Shown in pieces: positions 56,762 through 64,000 of a DNA stretch of 64,000 bases. The translations under genes and the position numbers were made by a program. Under the pieces are notes generated by a model. It was not told the DNA's origin. It searched no databases and was given only the letters and a program-made list of their open reading frames with translations. Each line of letters opens with the position of its first letter. The first letter of the stretch is position 1. Source of the DNA: Lentisphaeria bacterium (lineage in GTDB: Bacteria > Verrucomicrobiota > Lentisphaeria > JABSQK01); NCBI GenBank assembly GCA_013215875.1, contig JABSQK010000021.1:477-64476 (forward strand). The letters run 5' to 3'.

Positions 56762-56899
56762 TGTACTCCAGGAATTATGTATGGACTTAAGGTAGCAATT
56801 CAGCGCCGGCCTTCAAGTAGTCTGTGTTGATTCGTTCAGCGGATGCGTTTGAAATGAGACGAGAACATTTTGCGTGTAAGAGCGGTTGAGCGAGTATTC

Positions 56900-57790
56900 T
56901 TATTTGCGTTTTACCCAGGTTGCTGAGGCATTGTTGCGACTGGAGCCGCCAATGATTTTGCCTTTTTCAATCAAAACAATGTGCGCACTATTTAGTGATG
57001 GTACGAGGCCGTTTTCACGACACTTCCGGGCCCACATACGCCAGAACATTTCGCAGACCATATCGCGCTTATCAGCTTGCTTGATACGCATGATTACTGA
57101 CGTGACCTGTATATAACAGACCACATGGTTACCCTGCTGCTTAGCCCAGATTTTTTTTACAAGTTTACCACCAACACGCCGTCCCTGCATGTCCAGCCAC
57201 ACGGCAAATTGTGTGAGTACAGCTCCAAGGTGTTTGGGTGTTTTTGCCTCCGAAATGTCATAGCCATTAAACCTGTCTGTCTTTACTTTAACCTGAATTG
57301 TCTCTTTAGGCTCAGTCTTCGGTTCCGTTTTAGGCTCAGTTTTGGGTTCCGCTTTGGGCTCAGTCTTAGGTTCCGTTTTAGGCTCGGTTTTGGGTTCCGC
57401 TTTGGGCGTTGCTTTCTTCGCTTCCTTTTTCTTTTTAGGGAGAATTTTCTCGTACTCCAAATCCAGTCGTTTCATCGCCATTTGATGGGCATATTTCTTC
57501 GGGAAGAGGTAGCGAAATGTTTTACCTTTAAGTTGCCGCGGGCTGATGTTTACCTGCCTGGATTCATCCACCTCGAAGATTGCGTTATATCGAGTTAAAA
57601 CTGTTAATCGGCCAACGAAGTCTTTACCATTTCTCATGTAGACTTTCATATCTTTTCCGGCCCGCGGTTTTTTAAGTTTGGCAAGTTCTTCAGCGTACAT
57701 CTTTTTGAAAAGAGCTGCAAACTTTTTCTGGGTGCTCTGCTCTGCATTCAAAAACAGGGTAGACAGTGTTAGTAATAAGATATATTTCAT
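56900..57790 (-). CDS. secreted protein of an unknown family (paralog A) with a (T/A)EPK tandem-repeat linker
   Basis: 296 aa with signal peptide MKYILLLTLSTLFLNAEQ. The C-terminal domain of about 120 aa is shared with the neighbouring gene (WLDMQ.RR…IWAKQQG…VCY…VC.M.WRMW…AHIVL…GGSS.N.AS.WVK). Confidence 0.6.
   Translation of the reverse strand: MKYILLLTLSTLFLNAEQSTQKKFAALFKKMYAEELAKLKKPRAGKDMKVYMRNGKDFVGRLTVLTRYNAIFEVDESRQVNISPRQLKGKTFRYLFPKKYAHQMAMKRLDLEYEKILPKKKKEAKKATPKAEPKTEPKTEPKTEPKAEPKTEPKTEPKTEPKETIQVKVKTDRFNGYDISEAKTPKHLGAVLTQFAVWLDMQGRRVGGKLVKKIWAKQQGNHVVCYIQVTSVIMRIKQADKRDMVCEMFWRMWARKCRENGLVPSLNSAHIVLIEKGKIIGGSSRNNASATWVKRK
57309..57404. repeat. two 48-bp tandem units, each made of 4 x 12-bp subrepeats, encoding (T/A)EPK repeats
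   Basis: GGCTCAGTCTTCGGTTCCGTTTTAGGCTCAGTTTTGGGTTCCGCTTTG is followed by a near-identical copy. Lies inside CDS 56900-57790. Confidence 0.85.
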
Positions 57791-57870
57791 TGAAATCGTC
57801 CTGATTAAAAGTTTATTTGGCGCACTCCATGATGGGAGTTACTCTTGCGGCGTATATATCAAAAGATCGT

Positions 57871-58947
57871 TTACTTCACCCAAACATTGGAAGCTTTGTT
57901 TTTTGACGAGCCACCAACGATATTATTCGATTTATCTAGAAGAACAATATGGGCACGTTTGGTGGACGAAACTTTGCGCTCAGATCGTGCTCTGTAAGAC
58001 CACATGCGCCAATACATATCACAAACGGTCACGCGTTTATCTCTATCTACTTTGTTCCAAATATTACCCATAGTCATGTAGCAAACAATATATTTGCCTT
58101 GTTGCTTTGCCCATATCTTTGTGACAATTCCAACACCTGATCGGCGGTTTTGCATGTCGAGCCATAATTTGAATTGCTTCAACACATTTAAAAGGTGCTT
58201 AGGCGTCTTTGCCGGAGATGCATCATAGCCAGCAAATGGCGCGTACGGATTCGCTTTGCGCCTCGGAGTTGGAGTGCCGGTTTTTCGTGTCTGTGTTCTA
58301 ACGACTGCCACAGGCTCCTCAGGTGGATACAATTTTTCCACCTCCCTATCATAACGCTGGTTGGCAATTTCTTTTGCAATCGCTTTTGGAAATAGCTTTT
58401 TCTTGGATTTCTGTGTCAGCTGCTTAGGCTCTAGAACCCTGTCTCCCTTGGCGCTTGTAAATATGGCACGCGATGAGGTGATCATGATCAATGTACCAAT
58501 AAACCGTTCGCCACTTTTTAGTTCCAGTGTATAAATCTTCTTGATACGGACTTTGCGACATTTGGCCAGTTCTTCTTTAAGAAATTGTTTATGGAGTTTT
58601 TCCAGATGGGCGGCTTCTTTTGCTTGTTTTTCGGCGGCTAATTTCCTGGCTGTTTTCCCCTCATCTTCAGGCGGTGCCACAGGGATTGCTTTCTCCGGTT
58701 TTGCAGAACCCGCATTCTGGCTTTTAGGAGCTGTCGTCTGTTTGGCAGTTTCGCCTTGGGTAATGGTAGGGGTTCGTGTCGTAAGGACTGCCACATCGTC
58801 GAAGGATTTTTGTTCTGTCTTGCTGAGGGCGCTTATCCACCCTTTTTTTGGTCCAACAAATTCTGCTGCTGCTGCTAAAACTAAGACACCCGCAATGGCC
58901 CAGAGAAAAACCAAACCGCCGCCACCTTTACTTGATTTGTTTGACAT
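57871..58947 (-). CDS. membrane-anchored protein of the same unknown family (paralog B)
   Basis: 358 aa with N-terminal TM anchor GGGLVFLWAIAGVLVLAAAA and a low-complexity linker. The middle and C-terminal domains align with paralog A. Confidence 0.6.
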   Translation of the reverse strand: MSNKSSKGGGGLVFLWAIAGVLVLAAAAEFVGPKKGWISALSKTEQKSFDDVAVLTTRTPTITQGETAKQTTAPKSQNAGSAKPEKAIPVAPPEDEGKTARKLAAEKQAKEAAHLEKLHKQFLKEELAKCRKVRIKKIYTLELKSGERFIGTLIMITSSRAIFTSAKGDRVLEPKQLTQKSKKKLFPKAIAKEIANQRYDREVEKLYPPEEPVAVVRTQTRKTGTPTPRRKANPYAPFAGYDASPAKTPKHLLNVLKQFKLWLDMQNRRSGVGIVTKIWAKQQGKYIVCYMTMGNIWNKVDRDKRVTVCDMYWRMWSYRARSERKVSSTKRAHIVLLDKSNNIVGGSSKNKASNVWVK

Positions 58948-58980
58948 TGACTTTATCCCTGGTTAATCGTGAACTAGAAA

Positions 58981-58996
58981 GGAGACCGTAGTCTCC
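58981..58996 (-). terminator. hairpin downstream of the small basic ORF
   Basis: GGAGAC-CGTA-GTCTCC. On the minus strand it is followed by TTTCT. Confidence 0.45.
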
Positions 58997-59004
58997 CGCG
59001 AAAA

Positions 59005-59097
59005 CTATTTTTTTGTTTTTTGGCGCATTGATTTTAAACGCTTGCGACGCTTATGCTTCGAAATCTTTTTCCGACGCTTTTTTTTCAGGTTTCCCAT
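59005..59097 (-). CDS. 30-aa highly basic peptide MGNLKKKRRKKISKHKRRKRLKSMRQKTKK, bS22-like (AURKAIP1/COX24-type) small ribosomal protein candidate
   Basis: I translated it myself; it is too short for the ORF track. Composition and the MG..KKRR.K..KHK.RKRLK pattern match the bS22 family known from mycobacterial and Bacteroidetes ribosomes. It has its own terminator hairpin. Confidence 0.55.
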   Translation of the reverse strand: MGNLKKKRRKKISKHKRRKRLKSMRQKTKK

Positions 59098-59321
59098 ATA
59101 AGGTCCTTTTGTAGTTTTTTATAAATCTTTATAAAATCTTGCTCTTTTATGAGCTTTCAATATAGCTTTAGATCGGCCTTAAACAAGATCTTTGCAAAAT
59201 TTTTTTTTTGTCGTAAAAACGGGTCATTCCTTCCTCAAAATAATTGAGGATTGTGCAGCTCTGCTGTTTTCGACCATTGAGATTGCCTTGTGGATTATTC
59301 AGGTTAATATCTATTTCAGAT

Positions 59322-60137
59322 ATGGCAGAGATAAAAAAAATAGGCTTAATTGCCGGACGCAGTCGCTATCCCTTGCTTTTTGCAGAATTGGCAAAGCAGC
59401 AAGGCTATGAATTGACCGTGGTGGCTTATCATGGCGAGACGGATAAGTCGATTGAAGAAATCGCCGACCATGTGCACTGGTTCTATGTAGGGCAACTGGA
59501 TAAAACATCAAAGGCGTTTCAGAAACATGATGTGAAGGAAATCGTCTGCGCCGGTCAAATTAAACCTGGAAAGCTGTTCAAAGGGATGCGGCCGGATTTT
59601 CGTACTGTAAAAGTACTGGCCACCACAAAAGAGAAAAATGCCGCGACGCTTTTCAATGCAATCGGAGCCGAATTTGAAAAAGACGGCTTAACTGTGCTAC
59701 CCGCAACCACTCTGCTCGAAAGCCAACTGGCGGATTCTGGGCAAATGGGTAAGGTCAAAATTAAACAGGATCGCCTCGAAGAGATTGAATTTGGCCTCAA
59801 AATTGTACGTGAATCGAGTCGTTTGAACATTGGCCAAACCGTCGTCGTAAAAAATGGCACTGTACTCGCTGTAGAAGCATTTGAAGGTACGGATAGGGCC
59901 ATTATTCGTGGGGGCGAATTGGGTCATGGCGATGTGACAGTTGTAAAGATTGCCAAACCCGGCCACGATATGCGTTTTGACGTCCCTTGTATTGGCCTGA
60001 AAACGGTCGAAAGTCTGAAAGAGGCGAAAGCGAAAACACTGGCTGTGCAGGCAGGAAAAACGCTTTTTATCGACAAATCCGTCGTTTTAGACGAATTAAA
60101 TAAGAGTAAAATTGCAGTTTATGGAATCGACCTGTAA
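59322..60137 (+). CDS. lpxI: UDP-2,3-diacylglucosamine diphosphatase LpxI (DUF1009)
   Basis: Start at ATG 59322 (MAEIKKIGLIAGRSRYPLLFA). LpxI-like motifs QTVVVKNGTVLAVEAFEGTD and RFDVPCIG. Confidence 0.75.
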   Translation: MAEIKKIGLIAGRSRYPLLFAELAKQQGYELTVVAYHGETDKSIEEIADHVHWFYVGQLDKTSKAFQKHDVKEIVCAGQIKPGKLFKGMRPDFRTVKVLATTKEKNAATLFNAIGAEFEKDGLTVLPATTLLESQLADSGQMGKVKIKQDRLEEIEFGLKIVRESSRLNIGQTVVVKNGTVLAVEAFEGTDRAIIRGGELGHGDVTVVKIAKPGHDMRFDVPCIGLKTVESLKEAKAKTLAVQAGKTLFIDKSVVLDELNKSKIAVYGIDL

Positions 60138-61061
60138 ATGAACCAGATAAAACAAGAAAAGCGGCGCTTTCCCGACTGGATACGCACGCAGATCAATACG
60201 GGTAAAAACCGCAAGGATGTTCACAATCTGGTAGAGGACCTAGGCCTCAATACGGTCTGCCAAAGTGCCAAGTGCCCCAACATAAATGAATGCTGGCAGG
60301 AAAAGTCCGCCACCCTGATGATTCTTGGCGATCGCTGCACCCGAAAATGCGGTTTTTGTGCGGTAAAATCCTTTAATCCGCTCAAAGCAGATGCCGGGGA
60401 ACCAGAAAAAGTCGCTATTGCCTGCGAAAAGATGGGCTTAAACTACATCGTTCTTACCAGTGTCGATCGTGATGACATGCCTGATAAAGGGGCCGCTCAC
60501 TGGGTGAAAACAATCCAGGCGGTAAAAAAGCGCTGCCCTCAGTCCGGTATCGAAATATTGACACCCGATTTTAAGGGCAAGGAAGAGCTTATCCAGATTG
60601 TAGCCGAGCAATATCCGGTGGTATTCAACCACAATATGGAAACTTGCGAACGCCTCACCAAGGAAATTCGCAGTGGCAACCGCTACCTGCGTTCATTGGG
60701 CGTATTGAGCCTGGCAAAGCAGTTTACCAAACAAAAAGTGGCGATAAAGTCCGGTATTATGGTGGGCCTCGGTGAGCGTGATGATGAAGTCGTACAAACG
60801 ATGAAAGACATGTGCAATGCCGGCGTCGAAATACTCACTATTGGCCAATATCTCCAACCATCGAAGGATCACTGGGAGCTCGATCGCTACGTGCACCCTG
60901 ACCAGTTCGCTGAGTGGGAAGCCCTGGCCTATGAAATAGGCTTTAAGGCTGTTGCCAGTTCACCCATGGTGCGAAGTTCTTATAAGGCCGAAGCTCTGGC
61001 TAGAAAAGCGCTTAATTATGAAGGCAGTGACTGGTCCGACAAGGCTCGCCAGATCGGCTAA
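60138..61061 (+). CDS. lipA: lipoyl synthase
   Basis: 307 aa with the auxiliary cluster CQSAKCPNINEC and radical-SAM CTRKCGFC. Starts directly after the lpxI stop. Confidence 0.95.
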   Translation: MNQIKQEKRRFPDWIRTQINTGKNRKDVHNLVEDLGLNTVCQSAKCPNINECWQEKSATLMILGDRCTRKCGFCAVKSFNPLKADAGEPEKVAIACEKMGLNYIVLTSVDRDDMPDKGAAHWVKTIQAVKKRCPQSGIEILTPDFKGKEELIQIVAEQYPVVFNHNMETCERLTKEIRSGNRYLRSLGVLSLAKQFTKQKVAIKSGIMVGLGERDDEVVQTMKDMCNAGVEILTIGQYLQPSKDHWELDRYVHPDQFAEWEALAYEIGFKAVASSPMVRSSYKAEALARKALNYEGSDWSDKARQIG

Positions 61062-61477
61062 TCCTCTTTTTTCCATTTCAGTGAAAAGGTGCCTTTTTCC
61101 TGATAATACGTATTCTCATTTGCATTCAAAAAGTTGGAAAAGTACTTAAATCTTGGGCCCTCATCTGTTTTACCGATATAGGTAATTTTACGATAACCAA
61201 ATGGTTCCTTATATTCACGCCCTTGCCCAATTGTTAAATCATGCTGGCCTTGTGCATTGCCACTGAGTTTATAGTGAAGCGATATGCCGTTTGGTGTTTC
61301 AATGATCTGCACATATTTCTTATTAAAGTAGCCAATAAGCCACTTTTCCTGGGTGTTGTTGGGGATGATCTTCAATTTCGCTTCTGTCTGACACCCTGTG
61401 CTCATGAGTAATATGCCCATGCATAAAAACGTCATATATGTAGCTGCTTTATTTTGCCGTATTGCTCTCTTCATCAT
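61058..61477 (-). CDS. hypothetical lipoprotein
   Basis: 139 aa with lipobox LLMSTGC. Convergent with lipA, with a 4-nt overlap. Confidence 0.55.
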   Translation of the reverse strand: MMKRAIRQNKAATYMTFLCMGILLMSTGCQTEAKLKIIPNNTQEKWLIGYFNKKYVQIIETPNGISLHYKLSGNAQGQHDLTIGQGREYKEPFGYRKITYIGKTDEGPRFKYFSNFLNANENTYYQEKGTFSLKWKKED

Positions 61478-62054
61478 TTATCCCTTTTGGTCCTTTCCTG
61501 AAAGCTAAAATCGCTTCGCTCAATTACAATCTATTTAGCCAATTTTATTAAAAACACATGAAAGCAACAACTGCTTCCCCGTCGCCGAGAATACAGTCGT
61601 TATTCAAGTTATCAACAGCCTGTCAATAAGTTCCCTGGCGCCTTGTTGATAAGCTTTGAATTTGCTGCCTGAAATCCACTTCCTAGCAGATTCAGTGGAA
61701 ATATTTTATGAGCAAAAATCCTTGGGCGAAAAAAGGGGGGATTTTTTCATATTTTCACGATAGCCATAAGATGCTTAATATCAGGTATTTATAGAATTTA
61801 ATTCGTTTCTTGAAATATTTTTTCAGAAATATTTTACCCTTTTGCTTGAACAATTCCTTGCTTTGGATTAGGATGACTAAGTGTTGCAGCATTGGAGGAT
61901 GCTGTGATAACTTTTATACTGTTTCATTTGGATTAGCAGTGTTCACCATAAATTGCTAACAGCTTGTTAACAGTTTCTTTAAATGGAGGCTTCGCAAATT
62001 CAAATGACCCTGTATAGAACCAAGTCTTATTGCTCTACATCAGTGCAGTGAGAA

Positions 62055-63374
62055 ATGGAGGCAAAAGTATTAGTATTGGGTTTGGGCATAAGCGGAGAGT
62101 CCGTTGCAAAGCGCGCTCTTCAAAATGCAGACAAACCAACAATACTGGACAGTAGAGTTTCTCCTGATCTCGAAGCGAAAGCGGCGTATTTCAGGGAACG
62201 AGGAGTAAAGGTCGAACTGGGTTATGCCTCAGACAATTTGCAAGAATTGTTTGATTTGGCAGTTATTAGCCCTGGAATCAGCCATGAAAGTCCATTAGGA
62301 CAACTCGCCAAAAACTTAGACTGTCCGGTTATCAGCGAAATTGAATTCGCTGCTCGCTTAATAAGTTCGCCTGTCATCGCAGTAACTGGAACCAATGGAA
62401 AAACAACCACAGTTGAATTACTTGTGCACTGTTTGAAAAGCGCGGGTTTTACTGCAGAGGCAGCCGGAAACATTGGAGTTCCGCTCACTGAATTTGTAGA
62501 TAAAAAGCCGGATTTCATCGTTGCAGAAATTAGTTCCTTTCAGCTGGAGGCTGTTGCCGAGTTTCGGCCAATGATTGCGGTGTGCACGAATATCAGTGAT
62601 GATCACTTAGATCGTTACGATAGTTTTGACAGTTATAAAAATACCAAATTGAAGGTATTTAATGGTCTTGACAGCCAGTATTGCATTTTGCAAAAAAAGC
62701 TAGAGCCCGCCTATGAGTCATGTTTTGCTCAGCAGGCAGTAACTTTTTCAGTAGATGAGGCAGCTGACTATTATGTGGATGACCGGTATATTTACCACGC
62801 TGATGAAAAACTTCTCGATACGAGGACTTTTTCATTGCAAGGTTCACATAATATAGAAAACACAATGATTGTGGCAGCCGTTTGCAGCAAATTGCAGGTA
62901 TCAATGGCCGATGTTCAAAAAGCAATGGAGTCTTTCCAGCTTCCAGAACATCGCCAGGAAATAGTCGCCGAGTGGAATCAGATAACATTTGTAAATGATT
63001 CCAAGGCAACAAACCCAGATGCACTGATACAGGCCATCAAGCGATTTGGGCAGGCAGAAAATATTATTTTGCTTGCAGGAGGATTGGACAAGTCGATGGA
63101 TTTCACGGCGACGATTCCCTGGGTTCAGCAGCACGTAAAGGACGTATTGCTGATCGGGAAGAATCAGGAGAAACTGGAATCTATCTGGTGTCCATATAAG
63201 CGTACAGGGCGCTTAGATTCACTGGAAGAGGCAGTAAACAAAGCAATAGATATTGCTAAATCCGGTGATTGTGTGTTACTATCTCCAGGCTCAGCGAGCC
63301 AGGATATGTTCACAAATTATATTGAGAGAGGCGAACAATTCCGCAATGCGGTAAAAAGGAGGCTACGAAAATGA
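62055..63374 (+). CDS. murD: UDP-N-acetylmuramoyl-L-alanine--D-glutamate ligase
   Basis: 439 aa with N-terminal Rossmann VLVLGLGISG, P-loop GTNGKTTT and a Mur ligase C-terminal domain. Confidence 0.9.
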   Translation: MEAKVLVLGLGISGESVAKRALQNADKPTILDSRVSPDLEAKAAYFRERGVKVELGYASDNLQELFDLAVISPGISHESPLGQLAKNLDCPVISEIEFAARLISSPVIAVTGTNGKTTTVELLVHCLKSAGFTAEAAGNIGVPLTEFVDKKPDFIVAEISSFQLEAVAEFRPMIAVCTNISDDHLDRYDSFDSYKNTKLKVFNGLDSQYCILQKKLEPAYESCFAQQAVTFSVDEAADYYVDDRYIYHADEKLLDTRTFSLQGSHNIENTMIVAAVCSKLQVSMADVQKAMESFQLPEHRQEIVAEWNQITFVNDSKATNPDALIQAIKRFGQAENIILLAGGLDKSMDFTATIPWVQQHVKDVLLIGKNQEKLESIWCPYKRTGRLDSLEEAVNKAIDIAKSGDCVLLSPGSASQDMFTNYIERGEQFRNAVKRRLRK

Positions 63375-64000
63375 GAGAGGCAAAGAAAATAGGAAAGCTG
63401 ATTCTGGGAGGACTGATTGGTTCAGTAATTCTCAGTTCATGCACAACAAATCAAAAAGTAATACGTCAAAGTAACCTGGTGCCTGCACCATATGCAAATA
63501 AAGGGAAGCATGAAGTTATCGAGGTAAAAGCTCCCCCGGTTATGGGAAAAAGAAGCGTTACGACTGGGCCAAAAATAAGTCGGCCAGACGATCGCTTAGG
63601 CTTGCTGTCCAGGCACAGTAAAGATAAAGGTTTTAGTGTTAAATCACTTAAGCCAAGAAGTCCAAAAAGGACGAGCAAGAATTACACTGTGAAGAAAGGT
63701 GATTCGCTATCGAAGATTGCCAAAATGTTCAGCACAACTGTTAGCAAATTAAAAAAGAATAATAAGTTGAAAAGTGATACTGTGCTTATAGGACAGACCC
63801 TTAGAGTTCCCAACAGTTCTTCATTAGGTCGCATCTCTTTGATGAAGCCAACGACTAAAAGTTATCCAAAGCCTTATACGGTGAAAAAGAATGATACCTT
63901 GTCTCAAATTGCTCATAAAAAGATGAAGCTTAAAACGTTCTTGGCGGTTAATGGCATCAATGCCCGCACACGGATTCATCCAGGTGATGTACTGGTATTC
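63371..64000 (+). CDS. LysM-repeat lipoprotein, truncated at its C-terminus by the window edge
   Basis: I translated it myself. ATGA overlap with murD. MREAKKIGKLILGGLIGSVILSSC (lipobox) and at least two LysM-like modules (YTVKKGDSLSKIAKMF…, YTVKKNDTLSQIAHK…). Open to base 64000. Confidence 0.7.
   Translation, partial: MREAKKIGKLILGGLIGSVILSSCTTNQKVIRQSNLVPAPYANKGKHEVIEVKAPPVMGKRSVTTGPKISRPDDRLGLLSRHSKDKGFSVKSLKPRSPKRTSKNYTVKKGDSLSKIAKMFSTTVSKLKKNNKLKSDTVLIGQTLRVPNSSSLGRISLMKPTTKSYPKPYTVKKNDTLSQIAHKKMKLKTFLAVNGINARTRIHPGDVLVF

Noticed and set aside
61609-61652. DnaA-box-like inverted pair (TTATCAACA / TGTTGATAA) considered as a replication origin.
   Set aside because: There are only two imperfect boxes, no AT-rich unwinding repeats that I could recognise, and no dnaA, dnaN or gid genes nearby. 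This is insufficient to call an oriC.
1-64000. Looked for CRISPR arrays, rRNA, tRNA, tmRNA, RNase P and SRP RNA signatures.
   Set aside because: I saw no regularly spaced short repeats and no tRNA-like T-arm/acceptor patterns in the intergenic gaps. This was a visual scan only. tRNAscan or Infernal would be needed to be certain.

Overview
This is a 64-kb chromosomal window from a Gram-negative bacterium (lpxI, murD and TAT/lipoprotein signals are present). GC looks moderate to low by eye, roughly low to mid 40s %, but I did not compute it. I found no rRNA, tRNA or CRISPR array. Coding density is high.

Layout by coordinate:
- 1-3290 (-): BatB/BatD-like aerotolerance genes.
- 3457-17480 (+): one tightly packed respiratory block. 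It holds heme O synthase, Alternative Complex III (actABCDE), an nqrM-like small ORF and Na+-NQR. In the NQR set, nqrB and nqrC form a single ORF.
- 17.5-23.7 kb: housekeeping genes (FNR-like reductase, Gfo/Idh/MocA, apt, DUF721, yggS, nagA).
- 23.6-27.5 kb: a 121-bp repeat built from the nagA 3' end. It brackets a 3.6-kb island that carries a circularly permuted, truncated Tn3-family transposase.
- 27.5-33 kb: argJ, a DAHP synthase, a thioredoxin-like gene and a DUF4838 gene. The DAHP synthase is preceded by an aromatic-rich leader peptide plus terminator/antiterminator. The DUF4838 gene is flanked by 44-bp direct repeats.
- 33.1-40.6 kb (-): a prkA-yeaH-spoVR operon extended by a second PrkA-like ATPase.
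- 41-45.3 kb: a Zn-ADH plus two tandem YhdH-type reductases that share a novel N-terminal extension.
- 45.4-50.3 kb: an EboE-like TIM barrel, a pseudo-deaminase/HATPase_c_4 fusion, a cluster of TGGACA palindromes and hipBA.
- 50.3-64 kb: an Asp-box propeller operon, a TPR giant, a fucokinase-type nucleotidyltransferase and a tandem pair from an unknown secreted family. These are followed by an unlisted 30-aa bS22-like ORF, lpxI, lipA, murD and a LysM lipoprotein.

The signals I rate most interesting are the aroG attenuator, the nagA-repeat/Tn3 permutation, the dual-PrkA operon, the ACIII-NQR super-operon with the nqrBC fusion, and the pseudo-deaminase fusion next to hipBA. Every functional call comes from motif recognition by eye. 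No database search was run.
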